From: Haliotis rubra
Taxonomy: Eukaryota
DNA: 64,000 nucleotides
Direction: 5' to 3'
NCBI RefSeq assembly: GCF_003918875.1
Contig: NW_025767190.1
Coordinates: forward strand, 4,898,001-4,962,000
Positions 25,915 through 36,472 of this stretch are shown here, piece after piece. The notes under the pieces were generated by a model. The model saw only the letters and a list, made by a program, of their open reading frames with translations, did no database searches and was not told the DNA's origin. How positions within the stretch are numbered: the stretch's first letter is position 1; each line of letters opens with the position of its first letter. A program made the translations under genes and the position numbers.

Positions 25915-28770
25915 TATGGTGTATATCCTGGACCCATTCACTGTTACAGTATCGTCCGACCCGTGAATTGATCTTCAGTAACCCGTGCTTATCGTAGGAG
26001 GCAACTAACGGGATAGGGTGGTCAGGTTCGCTGACTTTGTTGACTGTTATCGTATCCCAGTTGTGTAGATCGATGTTCATGCTGTTGATCACTGGATTGT
26101 CTGGTCCATACTTGATTATTTACAGACCGCCGCCATATAGCTGGAATATTGCTGAGTGTGGCGTAAAACGTAACTCAACCACTCGCTTAGACTATCGTTC
26201 AAATGAGAAGACGCTAAAAATAGTGGTCCATTCAATTTGAATTGAACTTTCATTATTGCAACACACTGCGCTGTACCCACATAAACTAGAACTGGCAACG
26301 TCTTTCAGACTTACATGTGTTTTCTACCCCCCTTGCATTAATATTCATAGACACGTGTTTTCCTGTGAACTGTCTACAATTTATTCCTGCTGGGCCTCGA
26401 CCTTCAACTCTCATCCAGAGGCATTTCATTGGTTATTGATTCAAATAAATAAGAAAATTAATTGCCAAGTAAGTAACAGCTGAGACGCAGTGGTGACGTC
26501 ATTACCGAAAGAAAGTTACAGACATGGTAGCAATTCTCCCATGCTATTTATCATTATTCATTTGAGATGTAAATACCAAGGGTTATCAAAGATGATAGTA
26601 GACCTGTTTGGCTATTTGTGTGCAAAAAATCGGTATTGAAATGTTCTTGCTGTCTTTGCCGAGATTAAATACGAAATTAATGAATCATAAAGGAATACCT
26701 TTCTGTCAGTATTTCAAGACATGGTACAATTTCGTTAGGTAAGAAACCAAATAGTTTTGTGTTACTCATAACAGATACATTTAACTACAAGAAGTGAAAA
26801 ATCTATGCGTCTTAGATCTAGGACAACAGTATTATCCGTCCCTTATAATTATTTTAGCAAAGCAACCAATGCACGTTTTCATACGCGACAAAATAGATCG
26901 GTGGTCAAACACGGTGTCATCGTGACCCAAAGCCATGGGACGTTGGTCAATGCAGTGTAAATCAATCAATATCATGTCTGGACCGAACTCCCTTACTTAC
27001 AGCCTATCGTCAAATAAATGCGGATTTAAGTGACAAACAGCAAAGAAATCACTCATCGGACATTTTCATATCCTCGACTTTTATGTTTCAAGACGAGCAC
27101 AATTAAACATTGTTCAATGTGTCTCCTGGAAGACAGATCCACTGATCTGCCATGTTGGGAAGGGGTGAGAATCGACCATTTGATAGACGAAGTCCCCTAC
27201 CCAAGAGATCTATATGATACACAGAATCAATGAACACATGTCACTTATAAGCCTCCCATTCTATGAATAGTGACAATATTATGATACGTCCCTTTATTAA
27301 CATCCTATTTCCTAGTGATGTCTCCATTTTTTTTACAGCCTTACTTTGAAATGAGGTCTGGTACACCGAAGCGTTATTCTGAAGCAAAGAATGCTCGGAA
27401 TACTGTCTGTAGTGTTATTTACTTGTGTAGTTCCTGCCTGAACAAATGTTATTGGGTTTCGGGACATTGAAAAACACATTACTTCACGTTAGTTGTATTT
27501 TATTACTCCTCCAAGTCTGATTATCTGTCTGGTTTTAAGACCGCGCAATACAGTCCATTGTCCCTTGGAAACACAACGATAACATTGTCTGGGAACTGAA
27601 CAAACAGGCCTTTAACAATCAACTGTGTGATACAATATGCCGACTCTCTAGCTTGCAAGTATCAGCTGATTCTACTTTGTGATCCTTATATATCGTAAAT
27701 GTGAGATTAATACATCATCTTCTCCATAATCTACATTGCTGTGTCTTAGTCACAGTCAGTATCAGAAGGACGTGAGAGTTTATGTGAGACCAAACACACA
27801 TTTGGTCAACCATCTGCCATGGTTTCATTAAATACAAACTTGCATTCTGTATATTACTCGTAAAAACATATTTATGATATAATCGGTTTCGGGAAGATAT
27901 TTCATTTGATTAAGGAACAAAGCAAGTCGTTTTGTGTGGATAGATTCTGTAAGGCTGACGCTTGTTTGATATGTAGTCACGAACGAGATGAAAAACGTTT
28001 TCATGATACTATTGTCACCAATACAACCGCAGTACATAGTGGCATCCATTCGGCGGGTCATCCTGATTATGTATTCACCAGTCCTCGTAAATTTTGATAT
28101 ATACGGTACACGTCTCAGACACACTTTATCATGTAATAGTGTCACGTAAGTGATATGGGACTGGTTATACAATCATGTTACAAGGCCACTTAATAGGTGT
28201 TGAAATTAAAGGATGTTTACCTTTACAATTATCTAAATATGATATCGTTGATGTCATTTACAGTCAACCAAAATAGACCACATCACAAAGATCTAATATC
28301 ACAACATGTAGTGAAACAATCCAGCTTAAACTTTTATTCATTCCCAAGTGTCATCGGAGATGGTAACCAGAGGTATTTGTCATCCTGACATATAAATCAT
28401 CTCTTTAGTCACTCCACTGTCTCGTGGCATTTACAGAGACAGACCAGTGTGTTAAACTTGAAGTTCGAGATCAATTATATCTAGCTATTAATTGTGCTGT
28501 GTGACAGGTAATGATATGCAACAGACATGCATTTATATATGATCTGAAAGCTATTGCTCCCTCTTTCAAATAAAGTCTCTTGGCCTTTCCACGTTCCAAC
28601 GTGATGCGTTTTAGTACGAACATGCTACTGCCTATTCTATCATCAAGTCTATGCATGAGAGCAGTCCAAAGGGAACTCTCACATGTGAAATGCCAGGCAT
28701 CCTGTAATGTGTTTGTTAGTACACATGTGAATCTGGCATTATATGTATGCACCCCAATCTTTAACGATAT
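25915..28770 (+). pseudogene. Decayed ORF-B, terminal copy with a divergent 3' part
   Basis: Near-identical to type-A copies until ~28140, then clearly more divergent. Open stretches 27906-28097 (FCVDRFCKADACLICSHERDEKRFH..) and 28197-28388 (LKLKDVYLYNYLNMISLMSFTVNQNRPHHKDL..). Confidence 0.45.
25959..26183 (+). mobile_element. SINE-like family C copy duplicated with the array
   Basis: Identical to 286-510. Confidence 0.85.
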
Positions 28771-28778
28771 ATATAGAC

Positions 28779-30159
28779 TGTTACGGTTAATAGATTGCCG
28801 TGACAAAAGGTTTAAGAGTCCCCTTTGAACCAGCAAAATAGAACACAGACAAGTCTAAAATATAGTTGCGGGCAACGATGAGGTCTCCTTGGCTTTACTT
28901 TCCATCTATCTATTGTATCTGAGGGCTAGATATCATCGTCCAAAACGGAGCCAGAACACATGTTTTGACAGGCGAGCGGATCCTCCAAATACAGCCGGGG
29001 TCACGGGGGTCATGTTCTTTTAAGTAGTTCCGGAGAAGAAATAGTTCCCTCTTTAAAAAGGCTGTATCTCAGTTGTTCTTGGGTCTACGTTCAAAACAAT
29101 TAGCGTTCTGGAATCACCAGGACATCATCTACCATACTGCACATTTTGGGAGCAAACTACTCAGAAAAACTGAAAACAAAAATAACTGCCAAACGGTACG
29201 TTTTAGCGACTTGACCCGTCCAGGCAAAATTGTTGGGAATTCAATTGTGCATCTGTACAAGAAATTTGGAAGTGTTGGAACAATTAGTTCTTGAGATATT
29301 TGCTGTCAAACGTTGAAATTTTGGAATTAATTTTGAATTATTTCCCCTTTGCTTTTGGGCCAAGAGCCTAGAGATTTTTAAGGGGAATATCTACACCTGG
29401 GTGCGCATCTGTGTGATTTTTTTTGTAAGCGATTCGGAGCATTGGTTTAGGAGTTATGTTTGGTACAAAAATCGGCGGAATAATAAATAATAATAATAAT
29501 AATAATCCGAACGATTACAATAGGTCTCCTGCCTAGAGGCAAGGAGCCCTAAATATTCAATAATATATTGAACAAACAATGAGCAAGCTACAATGCATGA
29601 CAATACATATATCTAGAACAATGCAATTGAGTCACAAATCTAAAATGTTGGGTCACAAATATATAATATTAACTCACCAGAGTCTTGACATTTACAGTGA
29701 GAACAGTTATACTGCTCGAAGGTTGTTTATAATGACAGTAGACGAATAGGCAACCACAGTCAGTCTTGAATGTTGATCAACTTGACGGTGGCAGATAGAT
29801 GCGCTTAAATCCAGTCATGTGAAAAGTCCCGTTTCGCAACTCAACAACGAGCCTTTATATAGCTCTCACACTGTTCTCGAGCATTCTAGAAACGCTAGGT
29901 TCCCTCATTATTCTCTCAGAACATTAGGCGATTTTCTCGAACATACGACCGGAAGTCAAAACAAAATAAAGCCAGGCAAGGGAGGCAACTCTGAAGTGCT
30001 ATCAAAAAGGCGTATCGCTAAAAATACTATTACCATTGAACATGTATGATGCGAGATGTGAGCCATAACCCACAGTCAAAACTTTAAACATTGTGACCCA
30101 TAATAATTATCACTTAATCAATGTGATATTACAATTTACAATAAAACACTCTCATAACA
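28779..30159. mobile_element. Solo LTR (~680 bp net) of an LTR retrotransposon, interrupted by a nested element
   Basis: Termini 5'-TGTTA...TAACA-3' flanked by 4-bp TSD AGAC (28775-28778, 30160-30163). Minus-strand CTATATAAAGG TATA-like box at ~29852-29862; AATAAA at ~30140 on plus, so orientation is ambiguous. Confidence 0.75.
28848..29552 (+). mobile_element. Non-autonomous Helentron-like (HINE/DINE-type) element nested in the solo LTR
   Basis: Starts ..ACAAG.., ends with (AAT)n microsatellite (29480-29505) then CCGAACGATTACAATAGGTCTCCTGCCTAGAGGCAAGGAGCCCTAA, which forms a 3' stem-loop. No TSD seen. Architecture typical of molluscan non-autonomous Helentrons. Confidence 0.55.
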
Positions 30160-30371
30160 AGACATTTATCGAGGTGCTTATGAGCTCATGCCATCTGCAG
30201 TCCACTGAGACGACAACAGGTGAAATGTGTGAATTTGTTTGGGGTGATATATTAAGGCAAGAAGTAGTAGGCTGCAGATCTGTTTCTTTAAACATGTAAC
30301 AGATACACAATGTCATATTCAGTATTACACTTTCTCCGTAAAGTACAGATTCTAGCACTTTTGTCGGGCTG

Positions 30372-30520
30372 TGCCTCAGCAGCGTTGGCTGAGTGGGTTA
30401 GACTGCTGACTTTGTGTGATGGCAATTAGGTGCCTGACTCTGAGAGTTTGAGTTCGATGGGACTCCATCTAGCACAAGTACTAAAATCGCTACTTAACTA
30501 AGACAGTGTAATCCCAAATG
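30372..30520 (+). mobile_element. Degenerate tRNA-derived SINE-like fragment
   Basis: Pol III A-box-like TGGCTGAGTGG (~30386) and B-box-like GAGTTCGA (~30450); no convincing cloverleaf. Confidence 0.4.
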
Positions 30521-30625
30521 TGACATTGTTACATGTACACATGATCGACCCATCTGAACTAAAAATACAGATGACAAGTAAGATCGCCGTAGCTGTTTCA
30601 TACTTATCTGTGCTCGAAGACAAGA

Positions 30626-30796
30626 GGGGCGGTGGGGTAGCCTAATGGTTAAAGCGTTGGCTCGTCACGCCGAAGACCCGGGTTCGAATCTCCATATGGG
30701 TACAATGTGTGAAGCCCATTTCTGGTGTCCCCCGCCGTGATGTTGCTGAAATATTGCTAAAAGCGGCGTAAAACCAAACTCAGTCAGTCAGTCAGT
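30626..30796 (+). mobile_element. tRNA-derived SINE, family A
   Basis: GGGGCGGTGGGGTAGCCTAATGGTTAAAGCG (A box), GGTTCGAATC (B box), (CAGT)n tail, TSD CGAAGACAAGA (30615-30625, 30797-30807). Confidence 0.92.
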
Positions 30797-32330
30797 CGAA
30801 GACAAGAGGTGTGAATTCAACTTTCCTCTCATGTCAATATTCCAGCAGCTTCAGCCTTTGGTGTTAACATTTCACATCTTGGAGAAACAATCGAGCATGC
30901 TCTTCCCACCAGGATTTCGAAAGGCGTGAAAAGAGTCTTGCTCAGAAGTCGTTGATCAAGTATACAATATTCAAGGCCTCAGTGGAGCTCTCAAAACCTG
31001 TATGGAGCACATGATGGACGTTTCCTGCTAAATGATGTTTAATGCAGTTTCCTATCAGACCTGGAGCCGTATGTTGCCGTGTATTTTACGAGAAGAATTC
31101 ACTAACCTTTGTATTTGTTAGCGACTGGTCCAAGATATGCAGCAGGTTACACTCACCGTTCCGCAAATACCTTGTATCTTCAGTTTTGGATGGTGATTCA
31201 TAACCACCTGTTCATGATAAGTCGGAATCGAACAATGCCCTCGACTTTTGGCAGGGGTTTCTTATGAATATGAGTCTGTCGCTTTTAGTATAAATGACGT
31301 CATCTGACTGCAATATTCAGTTCGTTTGATGATAAGTATGACATGTCAGTGTCAAAGAATTGTTACCCAATTTTGACTTTCCTCCGAAATGGATTAGGTA
31401 CACAACGCCAGTTTTGCCAATGCAATATTTAAATATGTGAAATAACGACATTTACTTCTGTTTAACTGTAACTAACATTATGTCCCAAATGTATAAAAAA
31501 AAAAACCTTTCTTGTCGTTCATTCTGGTCTCCTGCATAAATACCCTCTCAAGGGAAATATACCAGACCAGTAGTACGTGATGAACTTTTTCTTTCTAAAC
31601 GCTCATCTTTCTTTTCTTATACAATCCCCTACATATCTCATCAACAGCGAGTGGACTATAGCTAGTTTACATTGGAGCACAATAGAACATCAATGTTGTG
31701 GATGTGCAATCCATGCGCGAGTAATAAATTTATAAGTGAATATCTGGCATCTGCAATTCTGGCATTAGGCCTGCTATATTACTGACACAACACAGATGGA
31801 ACACTTCAAAAGACCTTTACAACGTTAACAATGTCAACACTGATTATACAGCAGTCGAGTCAGTGTTTTAATTAGGTTAGTAATGTTCAGCGTAGACATT
31901 GATGAGGAATGAAAGGTTAACATTCTGGTACCGTTGGCTGAAAGGCTGCGGAGGTTGGAATACGTTGCAGGTTACACTGATCGCTTGGAAAGTTAAGGCA
32001 TTTGAACGACAAAACATTGAACCTTAAATGTGTATTTACATTGCAAACCAAACCTGGTTTGAAGTAATGCAGACCTCACACTAATATAACTTTGGAGTAT
32101 GATTTTGGGGTCTGGGTGGGGGTATCAATTTCTCAAAATGAAACTCACCCCAAATGGCATTCATTCAAGATTTATTCAAATTATTGAGGCTTAATGCGTA
32201 AGCTCAAATTGCATTGTATAGAATACGTTTGCAGTTACAGATTAACCTGAAAACACAGCGTCATTAACTAATTTTGACAGATGGCACTATATATTCTGTG
32301 TAGTGTTCATAAGCATACACACACGCACGT

Positions 32331-32349
32331 CAACAAACAAACAAACAAA

Positions 32350-32391
<42 letters not shown>
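32331..32391. repeat. Compound microsatellite (CAAA)n(CA)n
   Basis: Directly visible. Confidence 0.95.
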
Positions 32392-32393
<2 letters not shown>

Positions 32394-32683
32394 GCACAGG
32401 TCTATTTACGTACATATGCAGCAAAACCAACTGACTGTTCCGTTAAGATTCCTGACAAAAATTTGGTTATGGTTGGACCACTAAGCGAAAGTTCATGTAT
32501 CTGGCGTAATACCACGACCCTCTTGAAAAGTGATACGATTAACAATAGTATACGTATCGCTATGGTTTCAGCAACCTTGATCTTTTCAAATAAGTTTATG
32601 TTCATCATGTGATAGTACAAAAAGCGAAATTAGATGTCATTGGAATATACCCGATCAAATGCATCGTCTCAAGCGTGCTTCGA

Positions 32684-33034
32684 TCAAACGCACCTGTCAA
32701 ACATACCACGATCATGCGTACCGCCTGACACATAGTTACTCAGATTAAACGCGCTTCTCAAAGATTCACGGACGATGCGAATCTTCTCCAACATGTTCGG
32801 ATCAAACGCTATGTTCCCCCGGGCTGTATCGTTAGCCAGACCTTCATAGACATCACTTTCGATCTCACTGAACCAATCAGTTGGTAGCAAGGCGCGTGCT
32901 ATGCTTGAAGCATGTTCTCGTACAGAATTTCCGAGAGAAAAAATGCCTTCAATTTTTGGTATGTTATGTTTAGTAATTTCATCCGGGAAAAGACATGTTT
33001 TCATTTGCACATTTATGTAGATCTGCAGTGACAC
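32684..33034 (-). pseudogene. Orphan 116-aa ORF, probably part of a decayed coding region extending to ~32400
   Basis: Protein-like composition (EGIFSLGNSVREHASSIARALLPTDWFSEIESDVYEGLANDTARGNIAFDPNMLEKIRIVRESLRSAF) and locally higher GC; same frame reopens at 32402-32620 after three stops. No recognised motif. Confidence 0.3.
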
Positions 33035-33277
33035 ATTTTACTGCCGCTTTGTACACTTCATAAAGATAACGTTGCAATTATAAAGGTTTGTTCTCACATT
33101 AACAGTTCATGAATTGTTCATAAAACATGGTAAACGTGTTCATGAATGTTTGGGGTTTTTCCTTGTTTTCCTTATTTCGTAAACCATCAGCAACTAAGAA
33201 CAATATTGATATTCACCAACTAGATATAGATGTATCGGTGAAGACTGGCACATAATGCATTATGTAATATATTATTA

Positions 33278-34807
33278 CACTCTCTCAAAAAAGAAACGCA
33301 ACCCCTGTTTTTTTTGGTAATGTTTATATCAATTTTAACTGGTTATTACATTTGTATTTTTAAAGATAATGCCATGAAATTTGACATGGTGAACCTTAGG
33401 TCAGCACGGTATAAGGTAACAGTTAATGCAGGTCAGTATCGAACTCTCAATTTACGCTAGGGGGCGTTGTCTTCAGTATCTCGTTGTAGAGCCACGAGCT
33501 CTAATCACAGCAGTGCACCTCCTCGGAACAGAACGAATCAGACGGCGGATGTTTTCCTGGGGGATTGCTCTCCACTCTTCCTGGAGTGCTGCGGCCAGTT
33601 CAACCAACGTGTCCGGTTGTGGTGTACGTGCACGAACACGACGATCCAGCTGGTCCCACAGATGTTCGATAGGATTGATGTCTGGCGATCTGGAGGGCCA
33701 CGGCATCACGTTGACGTTTGAATTCTGTAGGAATGCCACTGTTGCACGAGCTGTATGAGGGCGGGCATTGTCATGTTGAAACAACTCCCTCTGTTGGTCG
33801 ATTATCGACAGAAGATGTGGCTGTAAGACGTCATCAATGTACCGTTGTGCCGTCAAATTGCCACGAATGATGACCAAGTCTGACCGTTGGTTGTAAGACA
33901 TGGCTCCCCATACCATGATGCTTCCTCCTCCAAATCTGTCGACCTGTCGAACGCAGTTCGGTGCAAAACGTTCATTTGCTCGTCTATAGACACGTTGTCT
34001 ACCGTCACGTCGTTGAAGAAGAAAACGAGACTCGTCACTAAACCAGACTCTTCTCCAGTTTCTTAGGGTCCATCTCCTTACATTAGTACACCACCTGAGA
34101 CGTTGGCGTCGATGTTGGCGTTTCAAGACGGGCCCAACAACTGGTCTTCTTGCACGTAAATTTGCCTCATGTAAACGGTTCCTGATGGTTTGGGCCGATA
34201 CTCTCCTCAAACCTGGCACCTGTGTTGCAGTGATGGTGGGTGTGGCATGCCGATTACGTAGGTGGCTGAGTCGAATAAAGCGATCCTGAGCCGGTGTGGT
34301 GATCCTAGGTCTACCGCTCCTGGGACGATCTTCAATTGCATTGAACTGTGTGTAACGATTCCAAAGTCGTGAGATTGTTGTTTTGTGTACGTTTAGATGA
34401 CGGGCAACTGTTCCAAAGCTTTCCCCGGCCTCAATGCGACCAATGGCAATATTTCGATTTGCTGTACTCAAACGGGGCATTTTCGAACTTGATTTGCAGA
34501 GCAAATTATGAGGGAAAAATTACAAACTACGCGTGCTTTTAAAACCCTCTACATGAACTGTGTTTTCAACGATTAGCACGTGCAACAGGCTTTTAGCATT
34601 TTGTACATGACAATTTCGCACTTTCTCAAATAACACGGATACAAAGGTCATCATGTGTGACAATGGTTCCGTTTGGGAGCTTATACTGATCAGATGGGAA
34701 CGTATTAACAGTATTTTGAAGAAAATTCTAATTTACATTCACCATCTTTATTCTAGAAATGATGTCAGATATTTAGATAGGGGTTGCGTTTCTTTTTTGA
34801 GAGAGTG
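33278..34807 (-). mobile_element. Full-length Tc1-family (DD34E) DNA transposon, 1530 bp
   Basis: Perfect 29-bp TIRs CACTCTCTCAAAAAAGAAACGCAACCCCT; TA TSDs at 33276-33277 and 34808-34809; intact transposase inside. Confidence 0.97.
33473..34480 (-). CDS. Tc1-like transposase, 335 aa, intact
   Basis: Starts MPRLSTANRNIAIG; paired-like HTH region with GRPR linker; WFSDESRF, FQHDNARPH, SPDINPIEHLW; 34 residues between the second D and the E. Confidence 0.95.
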   Translation of the reverse strand: MPRLSTANRNIAIGRIEAGESFGTVARHLNVHKTTISRLWNRYTQFNAIEDRPRSGRPRITTPAQDRFIRLSHLRNRHATPTITATQVPGLRRVSAQTIRNRLHEANLRARRPVVGPVLKRQHRRQRLRWCTNVRRWTLRNWRRVWFSDESRFLLQRRDGRQRVYRRANERFAPNCVRQVDRFGGGSIMVWGAMSYNQRSDLVIIRGNLTAQRYIDDVLQPHLLSIIDQQRELFQHDNARPHTARATVAFLQNSNVNVMPWPSRSPDINPIEHLWDQLDRRVRARTPQPDTLVELAAALQEEWRAIPQENIRRLIRSVPRRCTAVIRARGSTTRY

Positions 34808-34972
34808 TATTACTCGTGTGAAAAATAACATAAAATATATCAATGGGTAAAGGAGGTTAATCCTTTAATTACAGTTTCAATTATACCACATGTTTGGAAA
34901 CATGTTCCTCACTAAAAGGTCATACTGTCTATATCCTACTGAGTGACTAGTATCTATACGAACATGTATATA

Positions 34973-35576
34973 CACACAAACAACTTAGTTGAGCATCCCC
35001 TGACATATCTCACGATTGAATGAGCCCCGATCTTAACCCTTTGGAGCATATTTGGGAAATGATTGGTCGTCGTGTGCATCAAGGGGATCCTCCTATACAG
35101 AACCTGGTCGAAATGGAAGCTGCTTTACACGAGGAGTGGCGTAGACTGCCCCTTCAGAGGATCAGGAGGCTGACAGGGGGTATGAGGAGGAGAATACTGG
35201 CTGTCATACAGTCACATGGAGGGTACACTCGGTATTGACCTTGAATCATGCAAGACATGCAAAATGACATTTTGAATGTTCACATTCACCAATGAATTCA
35301 ACATGAACCATTTCAGGGCCTTATTTGTACAGACATGGTTTTGTATGGAAATCAGTGGGGGTTTTTAAAGAGCAATTATCAACATAAAATATACTATAAT
35401 AATAATAATAAAATCAACATATATTCCGAACATTGCGTCATTTTTTATGAGCAAAGGATCCTACGGGTCAGAAAACGTCATGCTTACCATCGCGGTCACC
35501 ACGAGAGGTTTTATGTACGTGTTGAAAACCTATCATTGCATAAATACAGGAGGTGCTTAATTAAGTTATTTGTGTG
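34973..35576 (+). mobile_element. Internally deleted Tc1-family element (604 bp) retaining only the transposase C-terminus (35020-35238)
   Basis: Imperfect ~30-bp TIRs (CACACAAACAACTTAGTTGAGCATCCCCTG vs reverse complement CACACAAATAACTTAATTAAGCACCTCCTG); TA flanks; ORF SPDLNPLEHIWEMIGRRV...GGYTRY*. Confidence 0.9.
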
Positions 35577-36472
35577 TATATATTTAACGCCATGGCACCG
35601 CGAAGTATCCATCATATGGTTGTCATCTATGTTTGGTGTTTACTGTAAGGATTCTATGTTTTCACGTTGTAACAGTCTCTTGAAACTTCCAGTATTACTG
35701 CAACATTTACAGAAATATAAATAGATGTAAATAAGACAAATACAGCAATAACAATAATACCTGACAATTGATGAAAATATATGACATTTGAACGTTTCCA
35801 TCAGCTGGATGTAAATCGTGTAATTTTCCGAAGTCTATGAAACCTCAGTCCTATGCATAACAAATGAAGTTAAATTCTAATTGAAAGCATTAAACCTGTA
35901 TCGGCTGAATATTACTTTTCAAATAAATCGATTAGGCTCTTTCTACAAATGTTTTAAAAGTCATAATATGGCTCTTGTTCAATACGAGTCTTTGACAGTT
36001 GTTTGAATAAGATTGCAACAGTCGTGGAGTTAAAGCAGAATAGATTAAAGCTTTCAAAAAGTAGTATGGTAATGCTTCAGTGAGGTAGGTAATGTAACAC
36101 TGTTTGTTTTCTTTGACATGGCTATAAGCAACACATGTTGGCGGTTTACTGTAAGAGTACAAGGGCACAGGGGTTTGTACACTTGATTAAGGCTACGCTA
36201 TCGCCTACGACAGCCCAAACGTTTAATTAAACTGCGTAACATGGACGAGCATGTTCAATATGTCGGTTGATTGATTGATCTTCTACGGGTGTCATATTCT
36301 GATCACGAAACTGTTCCATCTCGAACGTTAGATTCTGATTTCGAAACCGTTCTCTAACGCTCGTTTTTCAAAGATGACCTTTCACCTGGTATCAGATTGT
36401 GACATTTGTAGTTAATGATTCACTTCCTTTTGCAGGGTGAAGATATATACACGACTCTTCTCAATGGGTTTA

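Larger units (their letters stand above)
1..28778. repeat. Tandem segmental array: five copies of a ~4.5-7.3 kb unit organised as an A-B higher-order repeat (~13.9 kb); begins before the window
   Basis: Landmark GAGACGCAGTGGTGACGTCATTACC recurs at ~808, 8059, 14710, 22018, 26482 (spacings 7251, 6651, 7308, 4464). Identical short ORFs recur 13,902 bp apart (225..419 and 14127..14321; 816..1067 and 14718..14969). Type-A units carry a SINE (286, 14188, 25959); type-B units lack that segment. Confidence 0.95.

Noticed and set aside
30626-30700. tRNA genes (also 37897, 41536, 56239, 59300, 60260, 63658)
   Set aside because: The tRNA-like heads continue into conserved bodies and simple-repeat tails, mostly with TSDs; they are SINEs.
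33426-34542. Overlapping ORFs 33426-33758, 33467-33721, 33853-34038, 34348-34542
   Set aside because: Antisense or alternate-frame shadows of the Tc1 transposase.
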